A DNA stretch of 64,000 nucleotides from Candidatus Omnitrophota bacterium (GTDB lineage: Bacteria; Omnitrophota; Omnitrophia; Omnitrophales; Aquincolibacteriaceae). The number at the start of each line of letters is the position of its first letter. The first letter of the stretch is position 1. The notes below the pieces were generated by a model. It saw only the letters and a program-made list of their open reading frames with translations. It had not been told where the DNA came from and did not search any database. Both the position numbers and the translations under genes were made by a program. The stretch lies in NCBI GenBank assembly GCA_041674705.1, contig JBAYVF010000007.1, forward strand, positions 1,322-65,321, written 5' to 3'. Positions 27,151 to 36,137 of the stretch are shown piece after piece.

Positions 27151-27642
27151 TTAATTCAACATCGCCTGCATTCTTGAGATCGCTTTTGCAGTGAGCGAGT
27201 ACTCAGGATTTTGCTCGAGGGCATGGCGATAGGCCTCTAGCGCTTGGGTCCAATCTCCCATGTGCTCCCAAACCCGACCCAAGTTATACCAGGCATAAAA
27301 CCTTCCGTCATAGCGCTCAGCCGTGGTCGCCTTCTCAAGCCAAGGAATGGCTTCTTCCCAACGTCCCGTCTCGATCATGTACGCCCCGATATCATTGTAG
27401 GGATTTCCATAGTCCGGATCCAAGCGAACCGCTTTTTCACATTCCCGGATCGCGTCCCCATAACGGCCCTTAACGCTATAGGCCCACCCTAAACAGGTGT
27501 GCGCCTCCGGCGTGGGCTGGGACGCAAGGGACTTGAGATAAAGCTCGATGGCCAGATCCACCTTCCCGGCCATCTGTTGATGGTAGGCGTCTTGAAGAAG
27601 TTTCGCAGCGTCTTCGTCTTTATTCGGATTAAACTCATTCAT
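27151..27642 (-). CDS. TPR-repeat protein
   Basis: There are about four TPR units (AIELYLKSLASQP, GDAIRECEKAVRLDPDY, EEAIPWLEKA, ALEAYRHALEQNPEY). The start is uncertain: ATG 27642 was chosen, and the alternative ATG 27690 would translate part of a GTACGG element (FAVLRTPYE). Confidence 0.75.
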   Translation of the reverse strand: MNEFNPNKDEDAAKLLQDAYHQQMAGKVDLAIELYLKSLASQPTPEAHTCLGWAYSVKGRYGDAIRECEKAVRLDPDYGNPYNDIGAYMIETGRWEEAIPWLEKATTAERYDGRFYAWYNLGRVWEHMGDWTQALEAYRHALEQNPEYSLTAKAISRMQAMLN

Positions 27643-27662
27643 TTTTATACCCAGGATTTCGT

Positions 27663-27722
27663 AAGGCGTACGGAGTACGGCGAAAAACATTACGCAATAC
27701 GCCGTACACCTTCCGCCGTACG
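27663..27722. repeat. GTACGG-rich palindromic element, copy 2
   Basis: AAGGCGTACGGAGTACGGCG ... GCCGTACACCTTCCGCCGTACG. Confidence 0.8.
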
Positions 27723-27724
27723 AG

Positions 27725-28330
27725 TTAGAATCTCATGAACGGGTTCGTGCGCTGCTCGTTGCCGATCGTCGAGGAATCCGCATCGCCGTAAGCGTGCCCC
27801 GGAAAAACCTGGAGCGATCCGTCCAGTCCGGCAAGACGCTTCAGGCTTTGCATCATTTTCTTTTCATCGCCGCCCGGAAGATCGCAACGGCCGCAAGCCC
27901 CCACAAAAAGCGTATCGCCGGTGATGATCCTGTCGCCCGCCAGAACGCACTGCGCCCCTTCGGTGTGGCCCGGCGTGTGAAGAAAGGTCATTTCCAGATC
28001 TCCGATCCGGAGTTTGGAACCTTCCCGGGTTTCCACAAGATGCTCTTTGAACTCTTTCAGGAATTTCGCCTCGTTTTCATGGACATAAATTTTGCACTTT
28101 GTTTTTTTGATCAAGCCTTCAACACCATTCGCATGATCAAAGTGCGTATGCGTGAGGACCCCCGCCACAACCTTCATGTCGTCTTTTTCGGCTTCCTTTA
28201 AAACGGCGTCCACGTCCCAGGCCGGATCCACCATGGCGCATTCTTTTTTCTTTTTATCGCCGATGAGATAAACAAAATTCCCCATATAGCCCACAGGGAT
28301 CTGTCTGAAATAAAGATTCTTGCTATCCAC
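27725..28330 (-). CDS. MBL-fold metallo-hydrolase (glyoxalase II-like)
   Basis: The THTHFDHANG metal motif, HTPGHTEG and a GDTLF...GRCDLPGG segment are present. Confidence 0.85.
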   Translation of the reverse strand: MDSKNLYFRQIPVGYMGNFVYLIGDKKKKECAMVDPAWDVDAVLKEAEKDDMKVVAGVLTHTHFDHANGVEGLIKKTKCKIYVHENEAKFLKEFKEHLVETREGSKLRIGDLEMTFLHTPGHTEGAQCVLAGDRIITGDTLFVGACGRCDLPGGDEKKMMQSLKRLAGLDGSLQVFPGHAYGDADSSTIGNEQRTNPFMRF

Positions 28331-28817
28331 AGCAACAGCAGCTCTTATTCTTCACTTTCTCGTAATAAATCACTTCGAGGGTGGGATCATCTTGAATTTT
28401 GAGCCGCTTTTTTTCTACAAAGGACGGCGGGATCTCCGGGTAAAGAACATCCCCTTCGTAATCGGCGTGGATGCGGGTCAGGTAGATCGCGTCGACGCGA
28501 TCGATCGTGGTCCGGTAGAGCTCGGCCCCTCCGATGATAAAGGCGTGCTCGGTCTTGACGTTCTTTAAAGCCTCATCCAAGGAAGCGAAAAATGTTTGCC
28601 CCGGGTAGGGCTTCGCGCCACTCCGGTCCAGGATGATATTCGTGCGCCCCGGCAAGGCTTTGCATCCAAGGCTTTCGAACGTTTTGAGACCCATGATCAC
28701 CGTCTGTCCGAGGGTCGTCGCTTTGAAATGTTGCAAATCTTTAGAAAAATGCCAGGGAAGCTGATTCCCTTTTCCAATCACCCGTTTATTAGCGACTGCG
28801 ACAATATGATAAAGCAT
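28323..28817 (-). CDS. folA: Dihydrofolate reductase
   Basis: IVAVANKRVIGKGNQLPWHFSKDLQHFKATTLGQTVIMGLKTFESLG...LPGRTNIIL...IIGGAELY. The C-terminal ...KSCCCCG tail overlaps the next gene by 8 nt. Confidence 0.9.
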   Translation of the reverse strand: MLYHIVAVANKRVIGKGNQLPWHFSKDLQHFKATTLGQTVIMGLKTFESLGCKALPGRTNIILDRSGAKPYPGQTFFASLDEALKNVKTEHAFIIGGAELYRTTIDRVDAIYLTRIHADYEGDVLYPEIPPSFVEKKRLKIQDDPTLEVIYYEKVKNKSCCCCG

Positions 28818-28828
28818 GATAAACCTCC

Positions 28829-28904
28829 GAGACTAGAGACCGGAGACTGAAGACTGGAGACCCAAGCTTTTAGCTTTAGTCTGTGGTCTGTAGTCTGTGG
28901 TCTG
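28829..28904. repeat. AGACTG-unit hairpin between thyA and folA
   Basis: GAGACTAGAGACCGGAGACTGAAGACTGGAGACCC faces TAGTCTGTGGTCTGTAGTCTGTGGTCTG, forming an imperfect inverted repeat. Confidence 0.6.
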
Positions 28905-28906
28905 AT

Positions 28907-29701
28907 TTATACCGCCACCGGCGCTTTGATCGCAGGCCACGGATCATAATGTTCGAGCGTAAAGTCTTCGTACTTAAAATCGAAAATATTTTGGACTTTG
29001 GGGTTCAAGATCATGCGGGGCTGCGAACGCGGTTCGCGCGAAAGCTGAAGCTTCACTTGTTCCATGTGATTTGAATAAATATGAACATCTCCAAAAGTGT
29101 GGACGAACTCTCCGGGCTGAAGACCCGTGACCTGCGCCATCATGAGCGTCAGAAGCGCGTAAGAAGCGATATTAAAAGGCACGCCCAGAAAGACATCGGC
29201 GCTTCGCTGATAAAGCTGGCAGGAAAGTTTTCCGTTCAACACATAGAACTGAAAGAAGGCGTGACAAGGCGGTAGCGCCATCTTGTCGATCTCCCCGACA
29301 TTCCAGGCGCTCACGATGATCCGGCGGCTGTCCGGGGTTTTCCGGATCATCTCCACCGCTTGCGTGATCTGGTCCACGACGGTGCCGTCCATGCGTTTCC
29401 ACGCGCGCCATTGGGCGCCGTAGACCGGTCCGAGATCCCCGTTTTGATCCGCCCACTCATCCCAAATGGTCACACCGTTATCTTTCAGAAACTTAATATT
29501 CGTATCGCCACGAAGCAGCCACAGAAGCTCGTAAACCACGGCCTTGGTGTAGATCTTCTTGGTGGTAAGGAGCGGAAATCCCTTGGAAAGATCAAATCGC
29601 ATTTGATAACCGAACGTGCTGATCGTGCCCGTGCCGGTGCGATCTTTTTTCTCAGTCCCATGATCAAGAATATGCCTTAAAAGATCCAGATATTGTTTCA
29701 T
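28907..29701 (-). CDS. thyA: Thymidylate synthase (ThyA)
   Basis: [31 protein letters not shown]...[11 protein letters not shown]...[16 protein letters not shown]. Confidence 0.95.
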   Translation of the reverse strand: MKQYLDLLRHILDHGTEKKDRTGTGTISTFGYQMRFDLSKGFPLLTTKKIYTKAVVYELLWLLRGDTNIKFLKDNGVTIWDEWADQNGDLGPVYGAQWRAWKRMDGTVVDQITQAVEMIRKTPDSRRIIVSAWNVGEIDKMALPPCHAFFQFYVLNGKLSCQLYQRSADVFLGVPFNIASYALLTLMMAQVTGLQPGEFVHTFGDVHIYSNHMEQVKLQLSREPRSQPRMILNPKVQNIFDFKYEDFTLEHYDPWPAIKAPVAV

Positions 29702-30810
29702 GTCACTTGCCCGCCAGCGCTTGGTGGCGCGGCTTGTTCCTGCTCTTCCTGTAGGGCGGTCGAGATGTCTTGCGATATGTCTTTCTTGGTTTCCGCGACG
29801 GGCGGAGCATCTTTTAAAAAATGCGTGTCATCGACATTCAGGTCGTCAAAAAAAGAAGCTTGAAGCCCGAAAACCGTAGAATTTCCCGAGCGAGCCACAT
29901 AAAGAAGCTCTGCTTTTTCGTCCTTGGATCCCGCATTGAGAAATGTTTTCTTGCTCTCCTCGATCACGGCCAACTGCCACACGGGCTTCTCTAAACCATA
30001 CCCCGGCCCGCCAGGGTCCACGACCTTTTGCGCCTGAATACTGTTCATCGCCGCAATAAATTTCAGAACTTTGTCAGGGTCAGGTAAGGAAGAGACATCC
30101 TGACGCAGGAATTTCCAGGAAATTTTGAGCGGGTCTTTGGGATCGGTCTCACGCTTGAGACCTGCTACCCTCGTTTTTTCCTCACCCTGGATCCTGAAAA
30201 CGGCAACCTCGGTCACCTTCTCAGTATCCAGATTGAAAAGACGAAGATCGGCCCAAGGAGCGCTCGCCGGAACCGCCTCCTTGAAATTTTCAAAGATCCC
30301 CAAGAGCTCTTCCATGTTTGCGTCTACAAGATAAACGTTTTCACTTTTAGCCTGACGCATAAAATAGCCGTTTTCACCCGCCTTTTGGGTCCCAAGCCGA
30401 AGATCCAGAAGCAAAACGTTTCCGGCCCCAAAAAGTTGCATCGAAAAAGCCTCGGCGTCCTGAATGCCAAAATCCGTGAAGAGCTTTTTCCCGGAACCGC
30501 GTAGCTCGCCTTGAGCTGATCGAAGTTTTTCAATAAGCGCTTCCACTTTCACGGGATCTGCTTGGGCGCCCCAAAGACTTTTCACTTTCCAAATACCATT
30601 CTCGTTGGCGAGTTCTACAACCGGAGATTGATTGCCGTGACGGATCGTGATCCTTTCAAGTTTCGCCGGATCGAATCTTGCAAAAGCAACACGGCCTCCC
30701 TGCGCTGCCCCCGCGTTATCGCCCGCGGAACGCGCCAAGGACTTCAAAAGGATCCCCGCTGCGAGGATGCCGAAAATAATACTTAAGACAATGATCTGTT
30801 TTGGTTTCAT
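29698..30810 (-). CDS. DUF4340-like exported protein associated with the GldG-type ABC system
   Basis: 370 aa with an N-terminal TM anchor or signal sequence. It sits directly downstream of the ABC-2/GldG fusion, as is typical for DUF4340. The family call is from context and memory. Its stop overlaps the thyA ATG (4 nt). Confidence 0.5.
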   Translation of the reverse strand: MKPKQIIVLSIIFGILAAGILLKSLARSAGDNAGAAQGGRVAFARFDPAKLERITIRHGNQSPVVELANENGIWKVKSLWGAQADPVKVEALIEKLRSAQGELRGSGKKLFTDFGIQDAEAFSMQLFGAGNVLLLDLRLGTQKAGENGYFMRQAKSENVYLVDANMEELLGIFENFKEAVPASAPWADLRLFNLDTEKVTEVAVFRIQGEEKTRVAGLKRETDPKDPLKISWKFLRQDVSSLPDPDKVLKFIAAMNSIQAQKVVDPGGPGYGLEKPVWQLAVIEESKKTFLNAGSKDEKAELLYVARSGNSTVFGLQASFFDDLNVDDTHFLKDAPPVAETKKDISQDISTALQEEQEQAAPPSAGGQVT

Positions 30811-30841
30811 AGATTTTTACTGTTTCAAAACCAGGCCTTGT

Positions 30842-33346
30842 TTAGGCGGTTAGGCTTTTCAGATAAAGTTGTTTGGTGCGGCGACGCATATACGCCCGGC
30901 CAAACCCCAAAAGAGCGATGAGGACCGGCACCAGGAACATCACGAAGAGCCGCCAAGCCACTTTCGCCGGGGCCGAAACTTTTGGAAGCGCGCGTCCCAC
31001 CTGCCCTTTGGAGCGGATACCAATCAGCGCATCACCGAGCGTCAGGACATCCATAGCGTTTAGGAAAAAATTAAGATGCCCGCCATTCTGCATAAGCTGT
31101 TTTTGGAAAGGCGTCGCGGCGCCGATCAGCAGAAGTTTTCCTGGCTTGGGCAGGAGAGTCTTTGGCGTTTTTTCTTTTTTGATTTCTCCCACGGGAACGG
31201 GCAATGCCGCATCGGTCGAGACCTCCGGAGCCCATTCCGGCATGGCCTTGCCTTTGAATGCATCTGCAAATTGTCCTTCGGCCAGCACCGCTAGCAGAAA
31301 GGGCCCTCGCGCGCTTGTCCCAACACGCGCAAGCGCCTGAGGCGTCAGGTCTCCCGACTTGAACGGTACGGTCCAGGAACGCTTGCTGGAATGAAGCAAC
31401 GTCTGTACTTTGAGTCCCTGAGCTTTGATCTTATCCTGATCTATTTTCAGCGCGCTGCCCCAGAGATAAAAGAATGCTGAAAGACGCGCGGTGATGGAAG
31501 TTTGAGCATTCATTTCGGAATCTGTCAGCAGGATCTGGATCGGTAATTTGACGGGGATGGACATGCCCAAAAGCCCTTCGCGCCCGCCGCCCGAAAGCGT
31601 GATCGCTTCGCTTTGTTCATCCGCCAAGATGCTTGTTTCCACCTGGAATCCCCAGACCGAAAGCAGGTCATTCACGGCGGGGTTCTTCTCACTCGGCACA
31701 AGTGCGATTGACCCCATGCCTTCGGGCTTGTAATTGAATTCGTAATTCTGCACGGCCATAAAAACGGAACCACCCTGACAAAGGAATCTATCAATTTCAT
31801 ATTTCTGCCGCTCGTTCAAGTTCCCCGGTTGGGCCACCACCAGCGTCTTCGTCCCCGCGGGAATTCCGGATTTTTCATTTAAAGAAATGCGTGACACGGG
31901 ATAACCTTCGGACTCTAACCCTACCTGCAAATATTCGTAAGGATCATCACGGTAGCTTGCCGGCACTTGCCCGCCGAGCTGCTGGAGAAGCATCATCAGA
32001 TTGGGATCGACCGACTTCTCGGTATAAGGCGCCATCAGCGCGACTTTCGGGATCCCGGGAAGGGTCATGCGATAAAGCTTTGAAATAATGGCATACTCCA
32101 GATCATCGAGATTCCCGGGATGGATCTGCGGCAGGACCTCCTCGGGTTTTTCCTTGTAAGAGATCGTCAGTCCGGAATAAATAAGACGGACGCCCACTTC
32201 ATCGGACTGGATGGACTGGACCTGGAACGGCTGGACTCCTTTTTTGGAAAGCTTTTCCTCCATCGTGTCTTCTTTTTTGGTTCCTTCAACCGCGGTCGCG
32301 GCATCCATATGGAAGACCTGGTATTGAAAGTGGCCTCCGGATACAACGCGTAATTCCTCGAGCTTGTCGCGCGCGTCCTGCTCGAGCGTTTTCATGGAAG
32401 TTGGCATTTTGTCCGCGGAAGAAATGTAGAATTTCACCATGACGGGTGATGGAAGGCTCCTCAGGATCTTCCGGGTCGCCGAAGAGATCGTATAGGACCG
32501 GCCTTCACTCATATCGAAGCGGCCGAGCGGGACTCCGGCCACAAGCCAATTGCTCAAGAGGAAGATCCCTGCCGAGATCAGGGCTGCGGTCGTAAAGATC
32601 GAGGCGGCTTTCGGCCGCATCCGTCCTTCGATCCAAAACCCGTTTAGCACAAGCGCCACGGCGCTGCCGACAAGAAAATAAAGCGCGTCGCGGTTATCGA
32701 TCACGCCCTTGGCAAACGTGCTGTAATGATCCGCGCTTCCGAGAAAATGCCGGAGAAAGGTCCCAAGCCCACCCACCCATCCATCGATGGAAGAAGCCAC
32801 AAATTCCGTGCCCGTGAGATAAAGGCCGAAGCAGATCATCATGGAAAGAATGAACGCGACGATCTGATCACGATAAAAACCTGAAACCAACATCCCGATC
32901 GCAAGAAAGAAACCTCCCAGGAGCGCTGCGCCCACATAACCGCTCAGGATCGCGCCGAGATCCGGCCTCCCGAGTACGGTGAGCATCACCGGGATCGGGA
33001 ACGTGCAGGCAAGCGTGATCAGATAAAAAAGAAAACTCGCAAAGAATTTCCCGAGTACCAGCTCGTGCGCCTGCATGGGAAAAGTCAGCAACAGCTCTTG
33101 CGTGTTCCCGCGCTTCTCTTCGGCCCAAAGACGCATGGAAATGGCCGGCAAAAGAACCGAAAGAAAGAACGGAAGCGTGTAGAAGAAAGCCCGCATATCC
33201 ACGCGCCCGACCAGAAAAAACTGCGTCATGAAAAGGCCGCCGTTCAAGAGCGTAAAGATGACCATGAAGATGTAAGCGATCGGGGAATTAAAATAAGCCG
33301 CAAGCTCCCTGTTCAGGATAGTAAGGAGATTCGAGCCTTTTTTCAT
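30842..33346 (-). CDS. ABC-2 permease fused to GldG-like auxiliary domain (gliding-motility-type ABC transporter component)
   Basis: 834 aa. The N-terminal ~240 aa are a six-TM ABC-2 permease, followed by a large extracytoplasmic region and a C-terminal TM anchor, as in GldF+GldG. Confidence 0.65.
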   Translation of the reverse strand: MKKGSNLLTILNRELAAYFNSPIAYIFMVIFTLLNGGLFMTQFFLVGRVDMRAFFYTLPFFLSVLLPAISMRLWAEEKRGNTQELLLTFPMQAHELVLGKFFASFLFYLITLACTFPIPVMLTVLGRPDLGAILSGYVGAALLGGFFLAIGMLVSGFYRDQIVAFILSMMICFGLYLTGTEFVASSIDGWVGGLGTFLRHFLGSADHYSTFAKGVIDNRDALYFLVGSAVALVLNGFWIEGRMRPKAASIFTTAALISAGIFLLSNWLVAGVPLGRFDMSEGRSYTISSATRKILRSLPSPVMVKFYISSADKMPTSMKTLEQDARDKLEELRVVSGGHFQYQVFHMDAATAVEGTKKEDTMEEKLSKKGVQPFQVQSIQSDEVGVRLIYSGLTISYKEKPEEVLPQIHPGNLDDLEYAIISKLYRMTLPGIPKVALMAPYTEKSVDPNLMMLLQQLGGQVPASYRDDPYEYLQVGLESEGYPVSRISLNEKSGIPAGTKTLVVAQPGNLNERQKYEIDRFLCQGGSVFMAVQNYEFNYKPEGMGSIALVPSEKNPAVNDLLSVWGFQVETSILADEQSEAITLSGGGREGLLGMSIPVKLPIQILLTDSEMNAQTSITARLSAFFYLWGSALKIDQDKIKAQGLKVQTLLHSSKRSWTVPFKSGDLTPQALARVGTSARGPFLLAVLAEGQFADAFKGKAMPEWAPEVSTDAALPVPVGEIKKEKTPKTLLPKPGKLLLIGAATPFQKQLMQNGGHLNFFLNAMDVLTLGDALIGIRSKGQVGRALPKVSAPAKVAWRLFVMFLVPVLIALLGFGRAYMRRRTKQLYLKSLTA

Positions 33347-34095
33347 GCGCTCACCTTCTGCGTGGGGATCAGCAACTGGATAAAGATCTCTTCCAGGCTT
33401 AGTTCCCGCGCGGCTTTCCCGGAACCTTGGACTTTCTCCGCCAGCTCTCGCTTCGTCCCTTGCGCCACAAGCTGGCCTTCATTGATGATCACGATGCGGT
33501 CGGCCAGGGCTTCGACCTCCGGCAGAATATGCGTGGAAAAAATAATGGTTTTTTCCTTGGCAAGACTTTTCACGAGGGAACGGATCTCGATGATCTGGAT
33601 CGGATCCAGCCCCGACGTAGGTTCATCCAGGATCAGCACCTTGGGGTCATGGATCAAAGCCTGCGCGAGTCCCACTCTCTGGCCGTACCCCTTGGAAAGT
33701 TCACACAAAAGATGTTTCCACACGCTCTTGAGATGGCAGGCACTTTTAACCCACTCAAGACGTTCCACGAGCCTGGACCCTTCAAGTGCGCGCGCTTTGC
33801 CGACGAACGTCAGATATTCATCCACCCGCATATCACCATAAAGCGGAACCGTTTCAGGCAAATAGCCGATGCGCTTACGGACTTCGATAGGATCTTCAAG
33901 GATGTCGAAGCCGTCAACTTTCGCGGTGCCGGAGGAGGGAAAAAGATAGGTCGTGAGGATCCGCATGGCGGTCGTTTTTCCGGCGCCGTTGGGGCCCAGG
34001 AGGCCCAACACTTCTCCGGGATTCGCCTGGAAGGAAACGTGGTCCAGCGCGATCGCCGGGCCGTAATGCATTGTGAGTTCTTTAACTTCAATCAT
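33343..34095 (-). CDS. ABC transporter ATP-binding protein (GldA-like)
   Basis: Walker A is GPNGAGKTT, the signature is LSKGYGQRV, and Walker B is LILDEPTSGLD. The gene overlaps the downstream permease gene by 4 nt. Confidence 0.9.
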   Translation of the reverse strand: MIEVKELTMHYGPAIALDHVSFQANPGEVLGLLGPNGAGKTTAMRILTTYLFPSSGTAKVDGFDILEDPIEVRKRIGYLPETVPLYGDMRVDEYLTFVGKARALEGSRLVERLEWVKSACHLKSVWKHLLCELSKGYGQRVGLAQALIHDPKVLILDEPTSGLDPIQIIEIRSLVKSLAKEKTIIFSTHILPEVEALADRIVIINEGQLVAQGTKRELAEKVQGSGKAARELSLEEIFIQLLIPTQKVSA

Positions 34096-34106
34096 TAAAA
34101 TCCCCT

Positions 34107-34188
34107 GTGATAAGTTATAAGTGGTAAGTGATAAGAAGAGTAAGCGCCAAGTATTTTTTACTTATCACTTACAGCTTACCACTTACAC
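34107..34188. repeat. GTAAGT/GATAAG-unit composition-skewed hairpin
   Basis: GTGATAAGTTATAAGTGGTAAGTGATAAGAAGAGTAAGCG faces CTTATCACTTACAGCTTACCACTTACAC. It lies between the BI-1 stop and the ABC ATPase start. Confidence 0.6.
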
Positions 34189-34192
34189 TGAT

Positions 34193-34879
34193 CTATCGGC
34201 GCCGGCCGAAGATCTGCAGCAAAAACAGGAACATATTAATGAAATCCAGATAAAGCATCAGAGCGCCGACGATCGCGAGTTGCTCGGGCGCGTTCGCCAT
34301 GCTCCGGTGAATGGCCTTGAGCCGTTGCGTGTCATACGCCGTAAGCCCGATAAAAACCGCGACGCCGCAATAAGAAACGATCCAGGTAAAAACAGGCGAG
34401 TGAAAAAATATATTCACGACGCTGGCAATGATCACGCCGATCAAGGCCATAAAACAGAAACTCCCGATCGAGGTCAGGTCTTGCTTCGTCACCCAGCCGT
34501 AAACGCTCACGCCCGCGAACGTCATGGCTGTAATAAAAAAAGTCGAGGAGATCGAGGCGGAAGTATAAACGAGAAAGATGCCCGACATCGTCATGCCATT
34601 CAGCGCCGAGTAGGCCAGAAAACCGATCGTCGCCGCCTGAGCTGAGATCTTCTGAAGGCTCCGGGTCAACCATATCACTAAAATAAACTCCGCGATGAAG
34701 CAAGCCCACATGCCTCCATGCAAAAGAAAGCTCAGGAGCGAGGTGTTAGTGATCGTGACAAAAGCGGCGAGCCCCGTGAGCGCGAGCCCCATGGCCATCC
34801 ATTGATACACGCGTTGCATAAAATTAGAGAAAACGTCTTCTTGAGAATACGCAAAAGGTTTATTTTCCTGCTCGTTCAT
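34193..34879 (-). CDS. Bax inhibitor-1/YccA-family membrane protein
   Basis: 228 aa with seven TM segments. The N-terminus is FMQRVYQWMAMGLALTG and the C-terminus GALMLYLDFINMFLFLLQIFG, both typical of the family. Confidence 0.85.
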   Translation of the reverse strand: MNEQENKPFAYSQEDVFSNFMQRVYQWMAMGLALTGLAAFVTITNTSLLSFLLHGGMWACFIAEFILVIWLTRSLQKISAQAATIGFLAYSALNGMTMSGIFLVYTSASISSTFFITAMTFAGVSVYGWVTKQDLTSIGSFCFMALIGVIIASVVNIFFHSPVFTWIVSYCGVAVFIGLTAYDTQRLKAIHRSMANAPEQLAIVGALMLYLDFINMFLFLLQIFGRRR

Positions 34880-35026
34880 GATTCACCCCGTTAGAGATAG
34901 GAAGCGCTACGAAAGCGCTTCCGTGCATTGCAACGATTCATTATCAAAACTGTCTTTACCCCATTCCACAAAATACCACCATCACCGCCGCTACAATCTC
35001 TAACGGGGCAAACCTCCGTTAGAGAA
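34880..35026 (-). promoter_or_regulatory. Leader element copy B: three-arm structure able to sequester or free the ribosome-binding site of the BI-1 gene
   Basis: The RBS-overlapping arm is CCCCGTTAGAGA (34886-34897, abutting the start codon at 34877-34879). It is complementary to TCTCTAACGGGG (34997-35008). That arm can instead pair with CCGTTAGAGA (35017-35026). An inner hairpin GGAAGCGC/GCGCTTCC lies at 34900-34922. Confidence 0.5.
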
Positions 35027-35064
35027 AGATTTGATGAAATATTTTATCCAAAGTTTTTGCTTAT

Positions 35065-35457
35065 TCAAGATAGAGGCGCCGGCGGTATCTCCACCGGAGC
35101 CAATGACGCTAAAAATTCTTTTATTTTCCTCGCGGGTCTGGCAACGATCGCTTTGTCGCCTTTTTCCACGATAGGGCGTTGAAGAAGATCGGGATAGATC
35201 GCCAGGAGGTCCAGCCACTGGCCTTCGGTAAGCTGCTTTTCGCCAAGCCGAAGGTCTCCAAAAAGCTGGTCCTTCTTGCGGATCAATTCCTCAACCGGAA
35301 GACCCAGCTTCTGGATGAGCTCTTTGAGCTTCGCCTTAGGGATCGGATCGGTGAAATAATCCACCGCATCAAAATCCACGTTCGCTTCTTTTAAGATCTG
35401 AGCGACCTCTTTACAGGTCGTACAAGTCGGTTTTTGATAGATCGTGATGTCAGCCAT
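35065..35457 (-). CDS. ArsC/Spx/YffB-family (glutaredoxin-fold) protein
   Basis: MADITIYQKPTCTTCKEVAQILKEANVDFDAVDY...LLQRPIV. GGAG lies 5 nt upstream of the ATG at 35455-35457. Confidence 0.75.
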   Translation of the reverse strand: MADITIYQKPTCTTCKEVAQILKEANVDFDAVDYFTDPIPKAKLKELIQKLGLPVEELIRKKDQLFGDLRLGEKQLTEGQWLDLLAIYPDLLQRPIVEKGDKAIVARPARKIKEFLASLAPVEIPPAPLS

Positions 35458-35466
35458 AAAGACTCC

Positions 35467-35530
35467 AAGGTACGGAGTGCAGCGCAAGGTGTACGGCGGA
35501 AAAGCTTACGCCGTACTCCGTACGCCGTAC
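35467..35530. repeat. GTACGG-rich palindromic element, copy 3
   Basis: AAGGTACGGAGTGCAGCGCAAGGTGTACGGCGG ... CGCCGTACTCCGTACGCCGTAC. Confidence 0.8.
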
Positions 35531-36036
35531 TAGGTTTTTAGGAAGTACAGCCCCACATAGACTTTCGGATCGACAAGGAATCCTTTTTTTTCCATCTCAT
35601 AAAGCCAAATATCCGCCTCTTTAAGCGGTATTTCATGGACCCGGATGGATTCTGAGGCATCGCCGCCCCCCGGACCTTTTTTCACTACGTCGAGAGCCTG
35701 AAAGAAGGCGATAGTTTCAGAACTCAGGCCGCTTGAAACTGGACCCTCCACCAAAAATGATAAATGCTCCGCTTCATAACCGGTTTCTTCGAAAAGTTCG
35801 CGCCGGGCAGCGGCCTCCATCGTCTCCGGGTCATGCAGCATCTGGTCATTCACAAGTCCTGCCGGCCATTCGATCACTTGGGCTTCCACCGGCCTTCGGA
35901 ACTGTTCGACAAAAATAACTTTTCCTTCTTTCGTCATCGGCACGATAACGACGATCCCGCTGCAATTAGTCCGTTTGACGTACTCCCAATTGTCTTCGGA
36001 GATCAGATGAAGATATTTTCCTTTGTGTAAGATCAT
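35530..36036 (-). CDS. NUDIX hydrolase (ADP-ribose pyrophosphatase-like)
   Basis: The Nudix box is GLVNDQMLHDPETMEAAARRELFEETGY. Confidence 0.85.
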   Translation of the reverse strand: MILHKGKYLHLISEDNWEYVKRTNCSGIVVIVPMTKEGKVIFVEQFRRPVEAQVIEWPAGLVNDQMLHDPETMEAAARRELFEETGYEAEHLSFLVEGPVSSGLSSETIAFFQALDVVKKGPGGGDASESIRVHEIPLKEADIWLYEMEKKGFLVDPKVYVGLYFLKT

Positions 36037-36053
36037 ATCTTAACGAGGGTCTC

Positions 36054-36127
36054 GGATGAAGGATGGCGGAAGGCGTCCAACCTTTGCTTTTCGCTTTGCT
36101 CCATCCACCATCCTCCTTCCATCATCC
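36054..36127. repeat. GGATG-unit composition-skewed hairpin carrying the GGCGGAAGGCG core
   Basis: GGATGAAGGATGGCGGAAGGCG faces CTCCATCCACCATCCTCCTTCCATCATCC. It lies between the ggt stop and the Nudix start. Confidence 0.6.
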
Positions 36128-36137
36128 CGTTTTTAAG

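Noticed and set aside
28323-28350. Cys-Cys-Cys-Cys-Gly tail at the C-terminus of DHFR
   Set aside because: The tail is encoded by the 8-nt overlap region and the sequence adjoining the next gene's start. It is most simply a by-product of the overlap and not a metal-binding or lipidation signal, and I cannot test that here.
33427-34098. 223-aa plus-strand ORF antisense to the ABC ATPase gene
   Set aside because: It is a shadow ORF. The Walker A, signature and Walker B motifs are on the minus strand.
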